Positions 14,711 through 24,288 of a stretch of 25,969 nucleotides of DNA are shown here, one piece after another. The position numbers and the translations under genes were made by a program. Position 1 is the first letter of the stretch; the number at the start of each line of letters is the position of its first letter. The DNA comes from a virus (lineage: Duplodnaviria; Caudoviricetes). The notes below the pieces were generated by a model, which worked only from the letters and a program-made list of their open reading frames with translations, did no database searches and was not told the DNA's origin. Location of the stretch: positions 1 to 25,969 of the IMG/VR virus record IMGVR_UViG_3300020042_001009. One strand, given 5' to 3'.

Positions 14711-14777
14711 GTTCAGGCGTGAAGCGCTTGCCGTGTAATGTGCCTACTACAAAACCCATCTGCCAGTTCGCATAACC
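14705..14777. repeat. 73-bp exact inverted match to 11371-11443 at the junction
   Basis: Base-by-base comparison; divergence starts at 14778. Confidence 0.9.
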
Positions 14778-15401
14778 TTTTGTGTACCCCATACCAGGGC
14801 TTGCAAGGTCAACCAGGTTGCCAACCTCAACACCCCACACAATACGCCCATACTTCCCTCCAGAGGCTTCAGAGTGAGCAGATAATCCAAGTCTGTGAGT
14901 GTGTCCAGATACGACTGATTTGCCCATACGCATTGCGCCATTCAACGCAGTTTGCCCGGGCTTGTTTGATAATGGAAAAGCGTCTCCGTGGCAAGTGTGC
15001 CAACCCGGAGCAAAGTCAAAGCCATTTGGATGGTACTTAATTCCAGCCTTGTCGTATCCCATAAACTTGTCGTAACGCAGCTCTGGCAGGTTCATAAATG
15101 CTGGTAATCTGCGGGATAGTGACTTGTAAACGCGTGCGCCGTGATTAGATCCAACGACGTCAGTAACGCCTAGGTATTCGAGAATCTCTAAAGTGAGTCG
15201 ACGATCCTCATCGATGTTGCCTTCGACTTCTTGCCATGGTTGAGCGAATCCACCGAGTTGCGGTAGATCGATTTCGTCACCGATACAAATGGTTTGGTGA
15301 GGCTTGTAAGCCCTTAAAAACTTGCCTAGATTCTTGACTGCTGCTTCATGAAAGAACGGTGCCTGAATGTCTGAGATCCAAGCAATTCGTTTTACGGTCA
15401 T
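14705..15401 (-). pseudogene. Calcineurin-like metallophosphoesterase, copy B, 3'-truncated at the junction
   Basis: 4 aa differences from copy A over 232 aa; lacks the last 17 aa. Confidence 0.85.
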
Positions 15402-15625
15402 TAGTCCTCGTCGTCGTCCTCATGATCCCCAAACTTCTCGGGATCAACTGGGTCTGGCAGAATCCATCCAGGATACGATTGAACGTCGGTTATCATAAAC
15501 AACGCTAAACCCTCGTTAAAACCAGCCTTGCGTAAGGATTTGTAATACTCATGAAGCCCAATGCAGTAAGCATCGAGTTTTGAGTAGCCTTGATCCTCTA
15601 GCGCTTTAGTTGATTTTCTTGCCAT
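15401..15625 (-). CDS. Hypothetical protein with acidic C-terminus (copy B)
   Basis: Homolog of 10523-10747. Confidence 0.75.
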   Translation of the reverse strand: MARKSTKALEDQGYSKLDAYCIGLHEYYKSLRKAGFNEGLALFMITDVQSYPGWILPDPVDPEKFGDHEDDDED

Positions 15626-15640
15626 GTGGATAAGTGTCCC

Positions 15641-15832
15641 TTACTTCTTTAATAACTCCAAGATGTCCTCTTGGCGTGTCTCTATTCTTGCCAATCGGTC
15701 TGCGAGAGATGATCCACCATTCGGCGTAAGAGTCCACAACCAACCGCGAACCAAATAACGCAAACCGCCAATAAATATAGCAAGCGTCGAGGCAATGGCG
15801 AGAGCGAATCCCGCCCAATCATTTGCGGTCAC
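15641..15832 (-). CDS. Small membrane protein (copy B)
   Basis: Homolog of 10316-10507. Confidence 0.7.
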   Translation of the reverse strand: MTANDWAGFALAIASTLAIFIGGLRYLVRGWLWTLTPNGGSSLADRLARIETRQEDILELLKK

Positions 15833-15972
15833 TTTTTCTTTGGAGTGGCATAACCAAAGACGCCGGACAAGATCGCGAACAAAATTGCACGATGATCGAG
15901 TGAGAAGTTAGATCCTGCCCAAGCTGCTAAAAAAGCACCAGCAGTTAAAGCGTAAGGATTCTTGATATTCAT
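15829..15972 (-). CDS. Putative holin, 47 aa (not in ORF track; unrelated to copy A holin)
   Basis: MNIKNPYALTAGAFLAAWAGSNFSLDHRAILFAILSGVFGYATPKKK; TAATG and GTGA overlaps; two hydrophobic segments, basic tail. Confidence 0.65.
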   Translation of the reverse strand: MNIKNPYALTAGAFLAAWAGSNFSLDHRAILFAILSGVFGYATPKKK

Positions 15973-16397
15973 TACTTGCCTCCTAGCATTGGGATTTGGT
16001 AAAAGTCAGATGCTTCATCAGCAACCTTTTGAAACGAGACGTGAAGGTGCTTGATGTGCGGGTTAATGCCTTTATATGTGCGCCACGCCCAGCCCCGCTT
16101 GGATGATGCGATTTTGCCGTTGAATATGACGTAAGCAATTCGCTTAGGATGAGACTTGCCATAGAGTCGAATCTGATCCGCAAGGTCGGGCATAAGGTCA
16201 GGCTTTGACTTTCCGGATAGGTCACGATCGATGTCGATGGCACGAACCCAACCTTGCTCATCAGGATTATGATCTGACTTGCGCGCAGAATGTCGTGTGT
16301 CGCCGATCCAGCCATCGCTAGTTCGATCTCGATCCGGGAAGGCATCATCGATCTGCTCACGCAGCTGAACGGCAGACTTACTTAGTCTTGGTCTCAT
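15972..16397 (-). CDS. Putative endolysin, Zn-peptidase (copy B)
   Basis: SDHNP..RAID..HIKHLHVSF; diverged homolog of 9719-10225. Confidence 0.7.
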   Translation of the reverse strand: MRPRLSKSAVQLREQIDDAFPDRDRTSDGWIGDTRHSARKSDHNPDEQGWVRAIDIDRDLSGKSKPDLMPDLADQIRLYGKSHPKRIAYVIFNGKIASSKRGWAWRTYKGINPHIKHLHVSFQKVADEASDFYQIPMLGGK

Positions 16398-16536
16398 TTA
16401 CCGGCAAACTCGGTGTGGATTGTTCCGCTTGTCGGCGGTCGTATTCTGACTTTAGCATTGTGGTTATTGAACCATCTGCGTGTTCAATAGTTGCGTGCTC
16501 TTTATTCTCAAAGTCTGTAAAATAAATAGTTGTCAT
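16378..16536 (-). CDS. Small fibre-associated protein, 52 aa (not in ORF track)
   Basis: MTTIYFTDFENKEHATIEHADGSITTMLKSEYDRRQAEQ...; TAATG coupling to the RBP. Confidence 0.6.
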   Translation of the reverse strand: MTTIYFTDFENKEHATIEHADGSITTMLKSEYDRRQAEQSTPSLPVNETKTK

Positions 16537-17792
16537 TATAACTCCGCGCTAAAACCGATAAAGGTAGTTGAACCTGATGCCGATGGGAAAAGACTTTCAC
16601 CTGCTGTAAATACTGCCGAGCCGTGAGTATAAATAACACGCACACAATTATCAAATCTTTGATTAAGTGCCCAAGTTCCGCTCGAATAAGTAACACCATT
16701 TGCAGGACGATAAACGCCTTGATTTGATAAATCCATTGTGGCTGGTCCAACTCTCATTGTTGTTCCCAAAGGTAAAAGAAACATCGCAACCGTTGTTGAA
16801 AAAGCAAAACCAGAAACAAAGATTGAGTCACCAGAAGCAGCACCAGTTGTACGTGTGTAATAGCGTTGGCAAGCGGCTAGTTCTCCTTGAATTGTTTTAC
16901 CTGCTCGCTTGAAGGTTGTTGCAATAGATCCAACTTCTAATTGAACTCCAGTAAACAAAATGGTTTGACCACTTGTTAAGTTTCCATTAGAACCGACAAC
17001 CAGACGCAAAGTTTTAGCCGTAGAAGGAACCGCGAAAGTCTGTTGTACTCGTGTCCAAGATGTTGTAGTAGCAACTGAGGTGCTTGAAATTGTTGTATAA
17101 GTACCAGTAGGTGAATCATCAACATTAGTTGAATAATCTAAACGAATCTGAGCATTTGTCGAGTTGCTTGTTTTTACATAGTAAGAGAGTACAACTGTTT
17201 GATTTGCAAAACGTAAAGAATCTTGAGTCTCAATGGCAAGGATTCCAGAAGGTGTTGCCGTTCCCGATAATGTGCATTTCATCGCATAACGAAACCCTGT
17301 TGGAACATCTGAGGTCTCTTGACTAAAGGTTGTCGATGAACTATTCATATACCAGCGATCGGCAGTTGTATAGCCATTACTGCTGCTTGATGTTGAGCGT
17401 TGCCAAAAATCCATACCGCCATTAATTACGGCATTTCCGTTATAAGATGTTTGATAGCGCAAGCCTGTTGAAGTGGAACTATCTGCTACGAGTGTCTCGC
17501 CGTTGTTGCCTACTGCTAAGCGGGCAGGTGTATCAGCTGCACTCGCTGCAATGAGATCACCCTTAGCGTCAACGATCGCATTTTGAATTGCGTTTGAATC
17601 ATCCTGGGCAACCCAAGTAAAGTCCATGTCAGTATTGGAGGTTTTGCTAAGTACTTGACCCGTTGTTCCACCCTTTAACTCAGCCATCGAAGTATCAATA
17701 GATTGACCAAGTGTACGGATCGCAGCAGCGCCGTCCTTAACGAGACTTGTATCGTCTGGAGTGCTCCAGTTGAAATTGGTAGTACTTGCCAT
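16536..17792 (-). CDS. Receptor-binding / tail fibre protein with carbohydrate-binding-module-like domain (copy B)
   Basis: Shared N-terminal anchor; NAVINGGMDFWQR..TADRW..WTR..F..GVQLEVGS.AT.F..ELAACQRYY pattern. Confidence 0.7.
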   Translation of the reverse strand: MASTTNFNWSTPDDTSLVKDGAAAIRTLGQSIDTSMAELKGGTTGQVLSKTSNTDMDFTWVAQDDSNAIQNAIVDAKGDLIAASAADTPARLAVGNNGETLVADSSTSTGLRYQTSYNGNAVINGGMDFWQRSTSSSSNGYTTADRWYMNSSSTTFSQETSDVPTGFRYAMKCTLSGTATPSGILAIETQDSLRFANQTVVLSYYVKTSNSTNAQIRLDYSTNVDDSPTGTYTTISSTSVATTTSWTRVQQTFAVPSTAKTLRLVVGSNGNLTSGQTILFTGVQLEVGSIATTFKRAGKTIQGELAACQRYYTRTTGAASGDSIFVSGFAFSTTVAMFLLPLGTTMRVGPATMDLSNQGVYRPANGVTYSSGTWALNQRFDNCVRVIYTHGSAVFTAGESLFPSASGSTTFIGFSAEL

Positions 17793-17804
17793 GTTTCTCC
17801 TTTA

Positions 17805-19049
17805 TCAGGCTACTATTGTAGCGTCAATCCATTGTAGGGTCGGGCTTAAAGTGTTCCAAGTCTCGGCAGGATTTACGCGATCCCAACGAGTAGTAATGAT
17901 TGAGTATTCGGTAGGGCTAAGAGTCAGAGTTAGGTTCAGTTGGTTATAACCAGCCTGGAAAGTCCAGCCCTCGACAAAGCCTTGGAAACGTCCATTAGTG
18001 ATGTTTGTTGGTAGATCGGTAATGTCCAGAGGTAATCCCATAAACACATTCAGCAGGGCATCGCGGTCAGTATTGTCTAACTCGCCATTAGCCAACGGAA
18101 AGGTAATTTCTTTGAATTGTGCCTGCGGAAAGGCTCGAAGTCCTAGATAGAAATCTGCTTGCTCCTCAGCGTCGATGGTGTGTTCTAGTGATGTATTGAT
18201 CTGGTATTGCTGAGGTCCATAAATAGAGGTCGATTGCAGATCGATGGCGTTAGCCGTTGCGTTTGCTTTGTAAACAATAGTGACATCGTTGCGGACATCG
18301 CCTGAACGCTTTTGGGTACGAATACCGCGAGCAAGTGCAGTATTGGCAGATAATTCTGTGTAGCCGTTTGTGCCTAGGTAATCGGCTCTGTGAGTACTAT
18401 CGGCATAACCGATTCGCCCAGATGCGTCCTCGTAGATGTAGCCAAAGCCAGATGTAGCCAAAGCCGATACCAAAGCATAAACATTGGTTAAGTCTGATGA
18501 TCGAGAAGTTAATTCGTAATTACCTGGTTGATCGATCTCGCCAAGTCCGACGTTCTCAGCATTAGCCCAGGTTGTCGTTGGATTGTAATCAGCCCATGTC
18601 TCAGCTGCTGGCACTTCATTCCAACTGTTGAGCAATAAATCCGAGAGGATTGAGTAAATCTGATCTCCGTCAAAGTCCTTGCTTAAAACTCCGTTTGTAA
18701 GGCTTTTAGGCAGTTTTGACAAGGCACCCAAGGCAATGACACGGATGCGCTCTGAAATGCCGTTAGAGCCTGCGTCAGAGACTGTTACGTCTATGTCTGA
18801 GACAAAGCCACCAAAGATGTTTACAAAGGTACCGGATGAATCTTTGACCTTGATTGTTACTTGGTCATTGATGTCTATCTCGATTGGTGACTGGTCAAGG
18901 TTGATAATCTCAACATTGCAGTAACCGGCGTAAGGCTGAGAATAAATGTCAGTACGACCTGATGTAATTGTCAGGTTGGCAAGTGTCAGATTAGTGACAT
19001 CACCTGCACCATTGATCGAGACCGCCCATTCTGGATTCCATTGCGTCAT
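17805..19049 (-). CDS. Minor tail / baseplate hub protein (copy B)
   Basis: Same length as, and colinear with, 7505-8749. Confidence 0.7.
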   Translation of the reverse strand: MTQWNPEWAVSINGAGDVTNLTLANLTITSGRTDIYSQPYAGYCNVEIINLDQSPIEIDINDQVTIKVKDSSGTFVNIFGGFVSDIDVTVSDAGSNGISERIRVIALGALSKLPKSLTNGVLSKDFDGDQIYSILSDLLLNSWNEVPAAETWADYNPTTTWANAENVGLGEIDQPGNYELTSRSSDLTNVYALVSALATSGFGYIYEDASGRIGYADSTHRADYLGTNGYTELSANTALARGIRTQKRSGDVRNDVTIVYKANATANAIDLQSTSIYGPQQYQINTSLEHTIDAEEQADFYLGLRAFPQAQFKEITFPLANGELDNTDRDALLNVFMGLPLDITDLPTNITNGRFQGFVEGWTFQAGYNQLNLTLTLSPTEYSIITTRWDRVNPAETWNTLSPTLQWIDATIVA

Positions 19050-20425
19050 GCTATCTGGAACGCTCCTGATCCTCCACCGCCACCGCGAGCGCTTGAATCA
19101 TTAAGAATCTCAACAATCTGACGGGCAACGCCTTCCTTGTCAAAGGCTCCTGTTACCGTGATGTTGTATGTGTCTCCAGATGTAGCAGCTTCTGCCATTC
19201 TGAAAGAACCAACATTAAATGAGCCGATTGCAGTTGATGCAGCTGCTGCTGCGGTTGATGCAGTTTTGACTGCACTTGTACCGCCAGTTGTACCAGTTGA
19301 TCCGGCACCGCTTGGCGCTGAGATCGTTGGTGCTGTGTAGGTTGGTGTGCTTACCTTTGGGGCTGAAACTGTTGGGGTTGTAAATGAAGGCTTAGAAACA
19401 AGAGGCACATTAGGCAACAAAGGTACTGAGTTGTAAGCCTTAATCATGGCATTGATGCCATCGATGGCGCCAGATACAAGAGTGCGGATTACGTTAATAA
19501 TTCCGCCAATAATGTCTACAACACCGCCGGCTACTCTGGCAACGAATGAGATCGCTCCGCCCAAAGCCACCGTAAATACTGGGACGATGTAATCAACGAT
19601 AAATGAACCGAGTGCTTGAAAGGACTCCTTGTTATCATCAATGGCTTTTCTAATTGGATCAAAAAGTTTTGCGAACTTCTCAAAGCCTGGTACAACTTTG
19701 TTTAGAATTACATCGATCAAGGATTGAAGGATGGGCAATAACTTGTATCCGATTGCTTCGACTGACTCATCAAAGGCAACCTTTAGGCGATCCATACGAC
19801 CCTGGTAAGTCTCGGCGTTCTTAGATGCTGCGCCACCAAAGAGATCGCTCAGTTTACGTTGCACGTCAGTAAAGGTCATTGCCTTTAATTCGGCGCTAGA
19901 TAAGCCAACGCCTAACTTGCCAAGCGCAGCAGTATTGCCATCGTAAGCCTTACCCAAAGCGTTTGCTACGCCTTCGAGTGGCTTGCCTGTCTGAGTTGAA
20001 ATGTCAAGAGCAAGCGAAAGTAATTCTTGAGCCTTGCTAGTTGAGTTTGTCGAAAGAGCCAAACGAGCAAGAGCTGGACGCAGTTGGTCATCGGCTACAC
20101 CAGTAGCACGAGCCATCTTATCGATTGAGTCCTCAGTAGCAGCAATCTGGGCTTTAGTTGCACCCGTTGCATTAGTTAATGCTGACGCTAATTTAACCTG
20201 GCTTTGTTCATCGGCAAGTGCAGCTTTAACGCCATCAACGCCGATCTTAATTGCATAGGCACCAGCAGCAGCAGCAGCTGCTAAAAACGCGGCACCTGCA
20301 ACCTTGCCAAACTTCTCTAACTGTGTGGCTGAGTTTTGAACGTCGCCATTAGCAGCCTTTAATTTCTTATTGAGATCATCGACATCAGCAAGGATCGAGA
20401 GTTTAAGGGTTCTATTGCCTGCCAT
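19046..20425 (-). CDS. Tape measure protein (copy B)
   Basis: Homolog of 6129-7505. Confidence 0.88.
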   Translation of the reverse strand: MAGNRTLKLSILADVDDLNKKLKAANGDVQNSATQLEKFGKVAGAAFLAAAAAAGAYAIKIGVDGVKAALADEQSQVKLASALTNATGATKAQIAATEDSIDKMARATGVADDQLRPALARLALSTNSTSKAQELLSLALDISTQTGKPLEGVANALGKAYDGNTAALGKLGVGLSSAELKAMTFTDVQRKLSDLFGGAASKNAETYQGRMDRLKVAFDESVEAIGYKLLPILQSLIDVILNKVVPGFEKFAKLFDPIRKAIDDNKESFQALGSFIVDYIVPVFTVALGGAISFVARVAGGVVDIIGGIINVIRTLVSGAIDGINAMIKAYNSVPLLPNVPLVSKPSFTTPTVSAPKVSTPTYTAPTISAPSGAGSTGTTGGTSAVKTASTAAAAASTAIGSFNVGSFRMAEAATSGDTYNITVTGAFDKEGVARQIVEILNDSSARGGGGGSGAFQIA

Positions 20426-20889
20426 TAATCCCACTCCTTCAAAATCCCGCTAAATGCTTCCTCCCACTTACGAACCAACTCGGGCTGAATCTGACGCAAA
20501 GTTGGGTAAATGAAATACCCAGAATTGCCTCTGCCTTTGTTTGGCGTACGCTTTGGGAACTGCTTAAATCTGTTAGATCCAAACTCCATACCATAAAGTA
20601 GATCCAGAGTTGAACCGCCACCTGAAAACTTCTGACGCGCAAAGCCGTAACTAAACTCACCGATCTTTGAAGTCTTGCTTACCTTAACTCCATCAGCAAT
20701 ACGGCGAGCAGCAGTACCTGAAACCGTCCGAGTCGCTGCTGCGATCTTAATCTGTCCAGCAGCAAACTCAGCAAGGTTAGAACTTTCCTTTTTAGCAGCT
20801 TCAATGGCTTGATCGTCCATCGCCTTAAAAGCCCTGGTAATACCGCGTAGATCTGTTTTGTCATAAGCGATCTTGACTTCATCTGCCAT
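20425..20889 (-). CDS. HK97 gp10-like tail completion protein (copy B)
   Basis: Near-identical to 5665-6129. Confidence 0.65.
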   Translation of the reverse strand: MADEVKIAYDKTDLRGITRAFKAMDDQAIEAAKKESSNLAEFAAGQIKIAAATRTVSGTAARRIADGVKVSKTSKIGEFSYGFARQKFSGGGSTLDLLYGMEFGSNRFKQFPKRTPNKGRGNSGYFIYPTLRQIQPELVRKWEEAFSGILKEWD

Positions 20890-21270
20890 CCGATCGCTCC
20901 TTCAGTATTTCTATCGCGGTTAAAATGTCGTCTGCATCCTCCCAGTATTGCATCGGTATCCCCGTCTCTATTGCTAGATTAACGAGGATCCGCCTTATGC
21001 TTCCTGGTTGGTGGCTTTTGGGCTATCGTCTCCGACCGTTACATCAGCAACGGTTTCAGACCAAATGTCGTAAGACTTAACAGGTTTTCCAGCGTTCTCT
21101 CGCTTGTAAGCGTTATAAGCCAGAAACATAAGATCCCAAATGCCAATCTTGTCATTAGCCTGAGAAATTGTGTTACCAGTTGCCTTCTCCCACTTCGCCC
21201 ACTCAGGAGGCTGAGCAACATAAGTTGCTGAGTCGCCTGCGTTATATGTAATTGTGATTGGTAGTTTCAT
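20879..21270 (-). CDS. Tail assembly chaperone gpGT-like, -1 frameshift product (copy B)
   Basis: CCCAAAA at 21016-21022 (minus); -1 frame PKSHQPGSIRRILVNLAIETGIPMQYWEDADDILTAIEILKERSDGR*. Confidence 0.85.
20995..21270 (-). CDS. Tail assembly chaperone gpG-like (copy B)
   Basis: Homolog of 5284-5559. Confidence 0.8.
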   Translation of the reverse strand: MKLPITITYNAGDSATYVAQPPEWAKWEKATGNTISQANDKIGIWDLMFLAYNAYKRENAGKPVKSYDIWSETVADVTVGDDSPKATNQEA

Positions 21271-21291
21271 CTGTGCTCCCGTTGTTAGATA

Positions 21292-21693
21292 TTAACTAAA
21301 TGTGTCTGCTGGTGTTCCAACGACTGTCAGAGCCCAAGTATCAGTCTGAGCGCCTGGAGCGCCTCCGCCGATTGTTGGGAATACTGGCAACACGTTGCAA
21401 GTAAATACTGCGCCTGTTACGGCTGTTAGTGATACCGCAAGAGTTGTGTTTGGGTTTGCATCAGCTGCGCCCCACATTGCTTCGAATAGTGATGATGTTG
21501 CACCCCAGTCAGCAAGTAACTCGATATTAAGAGTCCATTGATCGTCTGTGTGCTTGTAAGCCTTGCCATCGAGAGTCTGGTAGACGTCGATTGTTGGGCT
21601 GTTCACGAGAGTCACGCTAGTTGTCTGAGCATCGTAGTTTACTGTTGCGATGGTTAGAACGAGGTCGCGACCCGTAATGACTGTTGTTGGCAT
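21292..21693 (-). CDS. Major tail protein (copy B)
   Basis: Homolog of 4860-5261. Confidence 0.75.
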   Translation of the reverse strand: MPTTVITGRDLVLTIATVNYDAQTTSVTLVNSPTIDVYQTLDGKAYKHTDDQWTLNIELLADWGATSSLFEAMWGAADANPNTTLAVSLTAVTGAVFTCNVLPVFPTIGGGAPGAQTDTWALTVVGTPADTFS

Positions 21694-21705
21694 TATTGGT
21701 TCTCC

Positions 21706-22092
21706 TTATGCTGTCTGCGTATACCAGGTGGATACGCGTATGTCCGCGACTAGCAAGTTACTAGCGCCTACTTGTGTGACTGTTGGTCGGTCTACTACCT
21801 GGAGATCGTATCCAGCCGGTATAACCGCCACAACGCTTGTGATTAGTTGTTCTATGTTATCAAGTGATGCTGGGTTGCTGTTATAAGCAACGCAGCAGGT
21901 AATTGTGTAATTCAACTTGCATCGAAAGGTACTCTTGCCGATTGTCTCAAACTCCATGTATGGAGAATCCGGAACGACGACAACCGCAGGAGCCGGGATC
22001 TGCTCTGGGACGTAACTAAATATGTTTGCAGATACTCCAGATAGTGCGGTGGCAAGAGGAGTGCGAACTGATGAGAGGATTGTGCTTGGCAT
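21706..22092 (-). CDS. Tail terminator-like protein (copy B)
   Basis: Homolog of 4461-4847. Confidence 0.6.
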   Translation of the reverse strand: MPSTILSSVRTPLATALSGVSANIFSYVPEQIPAPAVVVVPDSPYMEFETIGKSTFRCKLNYTITCCVAYNSNPASLDNIEQLITSVVAVIPAGYDLQVVDRPTVTQVGASNLLVADIRVSTWYTQTA

Positions 22093-22661
22093 TATTGCGC
22101 CATCGTCTCGACATCGATGTATGGCCCGAGTAGACCTACTACACGATTAAACAAGCTGCGTCCCATACGATAAGGAGACGGAGCAAAATCTACGCCTTCA
22201 ATCTGTCCGCCTGGAGCAGTACGAGATTGGAAAACTTCAACTGAAACTACGATGATTGCGGATTCGACCGCAGCAACGCCGACATATGTAGCAGCGCCTG
22301 TAAGTGTTGCGGATCCGCTAGGGATGACATTGCGCTCTGTGACATCGGCGTTAGTGATGTCTGCTGTAAATGTGTATGCATCTGGATCAGCATTGACTGT
22401 TCGAGTGCCGTTAAATGGTGTTCCGCATCCTGCGATGACAACTGATTGTCCTTCGGTAAACTCGTGGATTCCTACTGTTGTGAAGGTTGCGACATTATCA
22501 GTCAGCGAAACCTTGGCAACTGGTGATGCAAAAGTAGTAAGCAAAGGCAAGATAACTGCCTCGCTAGTGTCAATTATTTCATTCAAATAACTATCGCTGT
22601 ATAAAGCTGATGAAACGCCAAGTACAGACCTCAACTCTGACGCTGTGATAATACTTGGCAT
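22092..22661 (-). CDS. Head-to-tail adaptor (copy B)
   Basis: Homolog of 3892-4461. Confidence 0.7.
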   Translation of the reverse strand: MPSIITASELRSVLGVSSALYSDSYLNEIIDTSEAVILPLLTTFASPVAKVSLTDNVATFTTVGIHEFTEGQSVVIAGCGTPFNGTRTVNADPDAYTFTADITNADVTERNVIPSGSATLTGAATYVGVAAVESAIIVVSVEVFQSRTAPGGQIEGVDFAPSPYRMGRSLFNRVVGLLGPYIDVETMAQ

Positions 22662-22680
22662 TTCATCCTCTCTAAACTGC

Positions 22681-22712
22681 TGGGGGAGCGATCGGGAGCA
22701 ACCGCCCCCCCA
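22681..22712 (-). promoter_or_regulatory. Post-capsid hairpin (copy B)
   Basis: Identical to 3841-3872. Confidence 0.75.
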
Positions 22713-22731
22713 TGATTAATTGTGCTGGAGA

Positions 22732-24288
22732 CTATGCAACCATCCAGCGGTATGCGCCAGCGCCCAACTTAGTTGCGACTGCGCCGTAACCGTAGTAACC
22801 AACCTGAACCTGACCTGTTGAGATTAGGTTTGTCTGTAGCTGCAAACGGCTTGACTCGTACCATGTGTAAGCATCTGGATTAACAACTAGCATTGTGTTG
22901 TCGCCAACGCCTGAGCCTGTTGTTAACTGACGGTCTACGCGGAGGTTAAGTCCTAGTAGGTTTCCACGAACGCCAGTAGCAGTTAGGTTTCCGCCTGCGT
23001 TCTGTGGGTTAATTGTCTGTGTGAAAATTGGACGGTTTGAACCATCGACCAAGCCCATTAGCGCGCCCCATTGTTCTGGAGATACGATGATGTTCTGAGC
23101 AAATCCAAGTGTTCCCTTGTAGATTGAAACTGCTGCATCTGAAACGAAGTCAGCGATGTTTGCAGCTGTAACTGTACGGTTTCCACCGTCTGTACCGCCA
23201 GCGATTAGAGCAGCTGAAACTGCTGCATCTGTTGCCTTTGCGTATGCGTACTCCATTTGGCGTACCAATTCAGCAAAGAACGCTGGTGATGAGCGATCAA
23301 GCAACTCTAGTGAAAATGTCTGCTGTCCGATGAACTTCTTGACATCTACTGAAATGAACGCTGCGTTCTGATCTGTCTCTGATGGTGTTCCGCCTTCAGC
23401 TGCGATTGCAACTGTTGGAGCAACTGTGATCTTTGGGATCTCGAATGTCATACCAGCGTCTGGTAGAGCACCGCGAGAAACTGACTCGATTGATGGACGG
23501 TCTCCGTTTGATATTCCGTTAATAACTTCTGTTAATTGACGTGTTGGTACTAGACCAGCGTTGTCTGTTGTGTCCGCTGCTGCTGCAACGTACAACTTTG
23601 AGTCCTCGTTACCCATTGATGCGCGAACTGAGTGCTCCAAGTATGAAGCCTTGTCTACGATTGGGTTGCGAACCTTTTGTGAGTTTAGTGGATATGAAGT
23701 TGCCTTCACTTCTGACTTTGCAGCTTCAACCGCTTCGGTTGATACTGCCTCTGAAACGGTTTCTGACACTAGGTCATCTCCTTCGGTCTTAGGTTCCTCG
23801 ATCTGAGGTTCCGGGGTTGATTCGGTTGCAGCAGTACCAGGTGTTTCAGTAGCTGCTACCTTTTCCACTTCGGCTCCTGGGATTGCTCCATCAGTTACGA
23901 GTGAAACTTCAATTAACTTCGACGCGCTGATAGCCATAACGCCATCCTTGTTGTCCCACGCATCTACTTCAACGCCAACGCTAAAGTCGGAGCGCAAACC
24001 AGTTGCAGCCTCCTCTAGCGCGTCATTTCCGGCTGTTGTCTTTGCGATCTTAAATGATGCAGTAATACCAGTATCGTCCTGAGACCACTCAACGAGTTTT
24101 CCTAGCGGACGAGTTTGGTTATGTTCTAAAACTAGTTTGGTGTTCTTGCCAAACTCGATTGAGTTAGGTAGAAACTTAGTGCGACCCGCTGAGGTATTAC
24201 CTTCTGCGTCCCATTGCACAATTCGACCTGCGATGATGCGTGATTCTGCATCTGACGCAGTAATTGATACCGGCATTGTTATTTTCAT
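22732..24288 (-). CDS. Fused prohead protease-major capsid protein (copy B)
   Basis: Protease near-identical to copy A; capsid C-terminal half diverged; internal GTG at 23769. Confidence 0.9.
   Translation of the reverse strand: MKITMPVSITASDAESRIIAGRIVQWDAEGNTSAGRTKFLPNSIEFGKNTKLVLEHNQTRPLGKLVEWSQDDTGITASFKIAKTTAGNDALEEAATGLRSDFSVGVEVDAWDNKDGVMAISASKLIEVSLVTDGAIPGAEVEKVAATETPGTAATESTPEPQIEEPKTEGDDLVSETVSEAVSTEAVEAAKSEVKATSYPLNSQKVRNPIVDKASYLEHSVRASMGNEDSKLYVAAAADTTDNAGLVPTRQLTEVINGISNGDRPSIESVSRGALPDAGMTFEIPKITVAPTVAIAAEGGTPSETDQNAAFISVDVKKFIGQQTFSLELLDRSSPAFFAELVRQMEYAYAKATDAAVSAALIAGGTDGGNRTVTAANIADFVSDAAVSIYKGTLGFAQNIIVSPEQWGALMGLVDGSNRPIFTQTINPQNAGGNLTATGVRGNLLGLNLRVDRQLTTGSGVGDNTMLVVNPDAYTWYESSRLQLQTNLISTGQVQVGYYGYGAVATKLGAGAYRWMVA

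Noticed and set aside
14711-15040. HNH C-terminal tail KFRREALAV and following + strand 100-aa ORF (14738-15040) as a TerS candidate
   Set aside because: Both are antisense phosphoesterase sequence beyond the junction
8762-17792. Diversity-generating retroelement or shufflon behind RBP variation
   Set aside because: No reverse transcriptase, template/variable repeat pair or invertase visible
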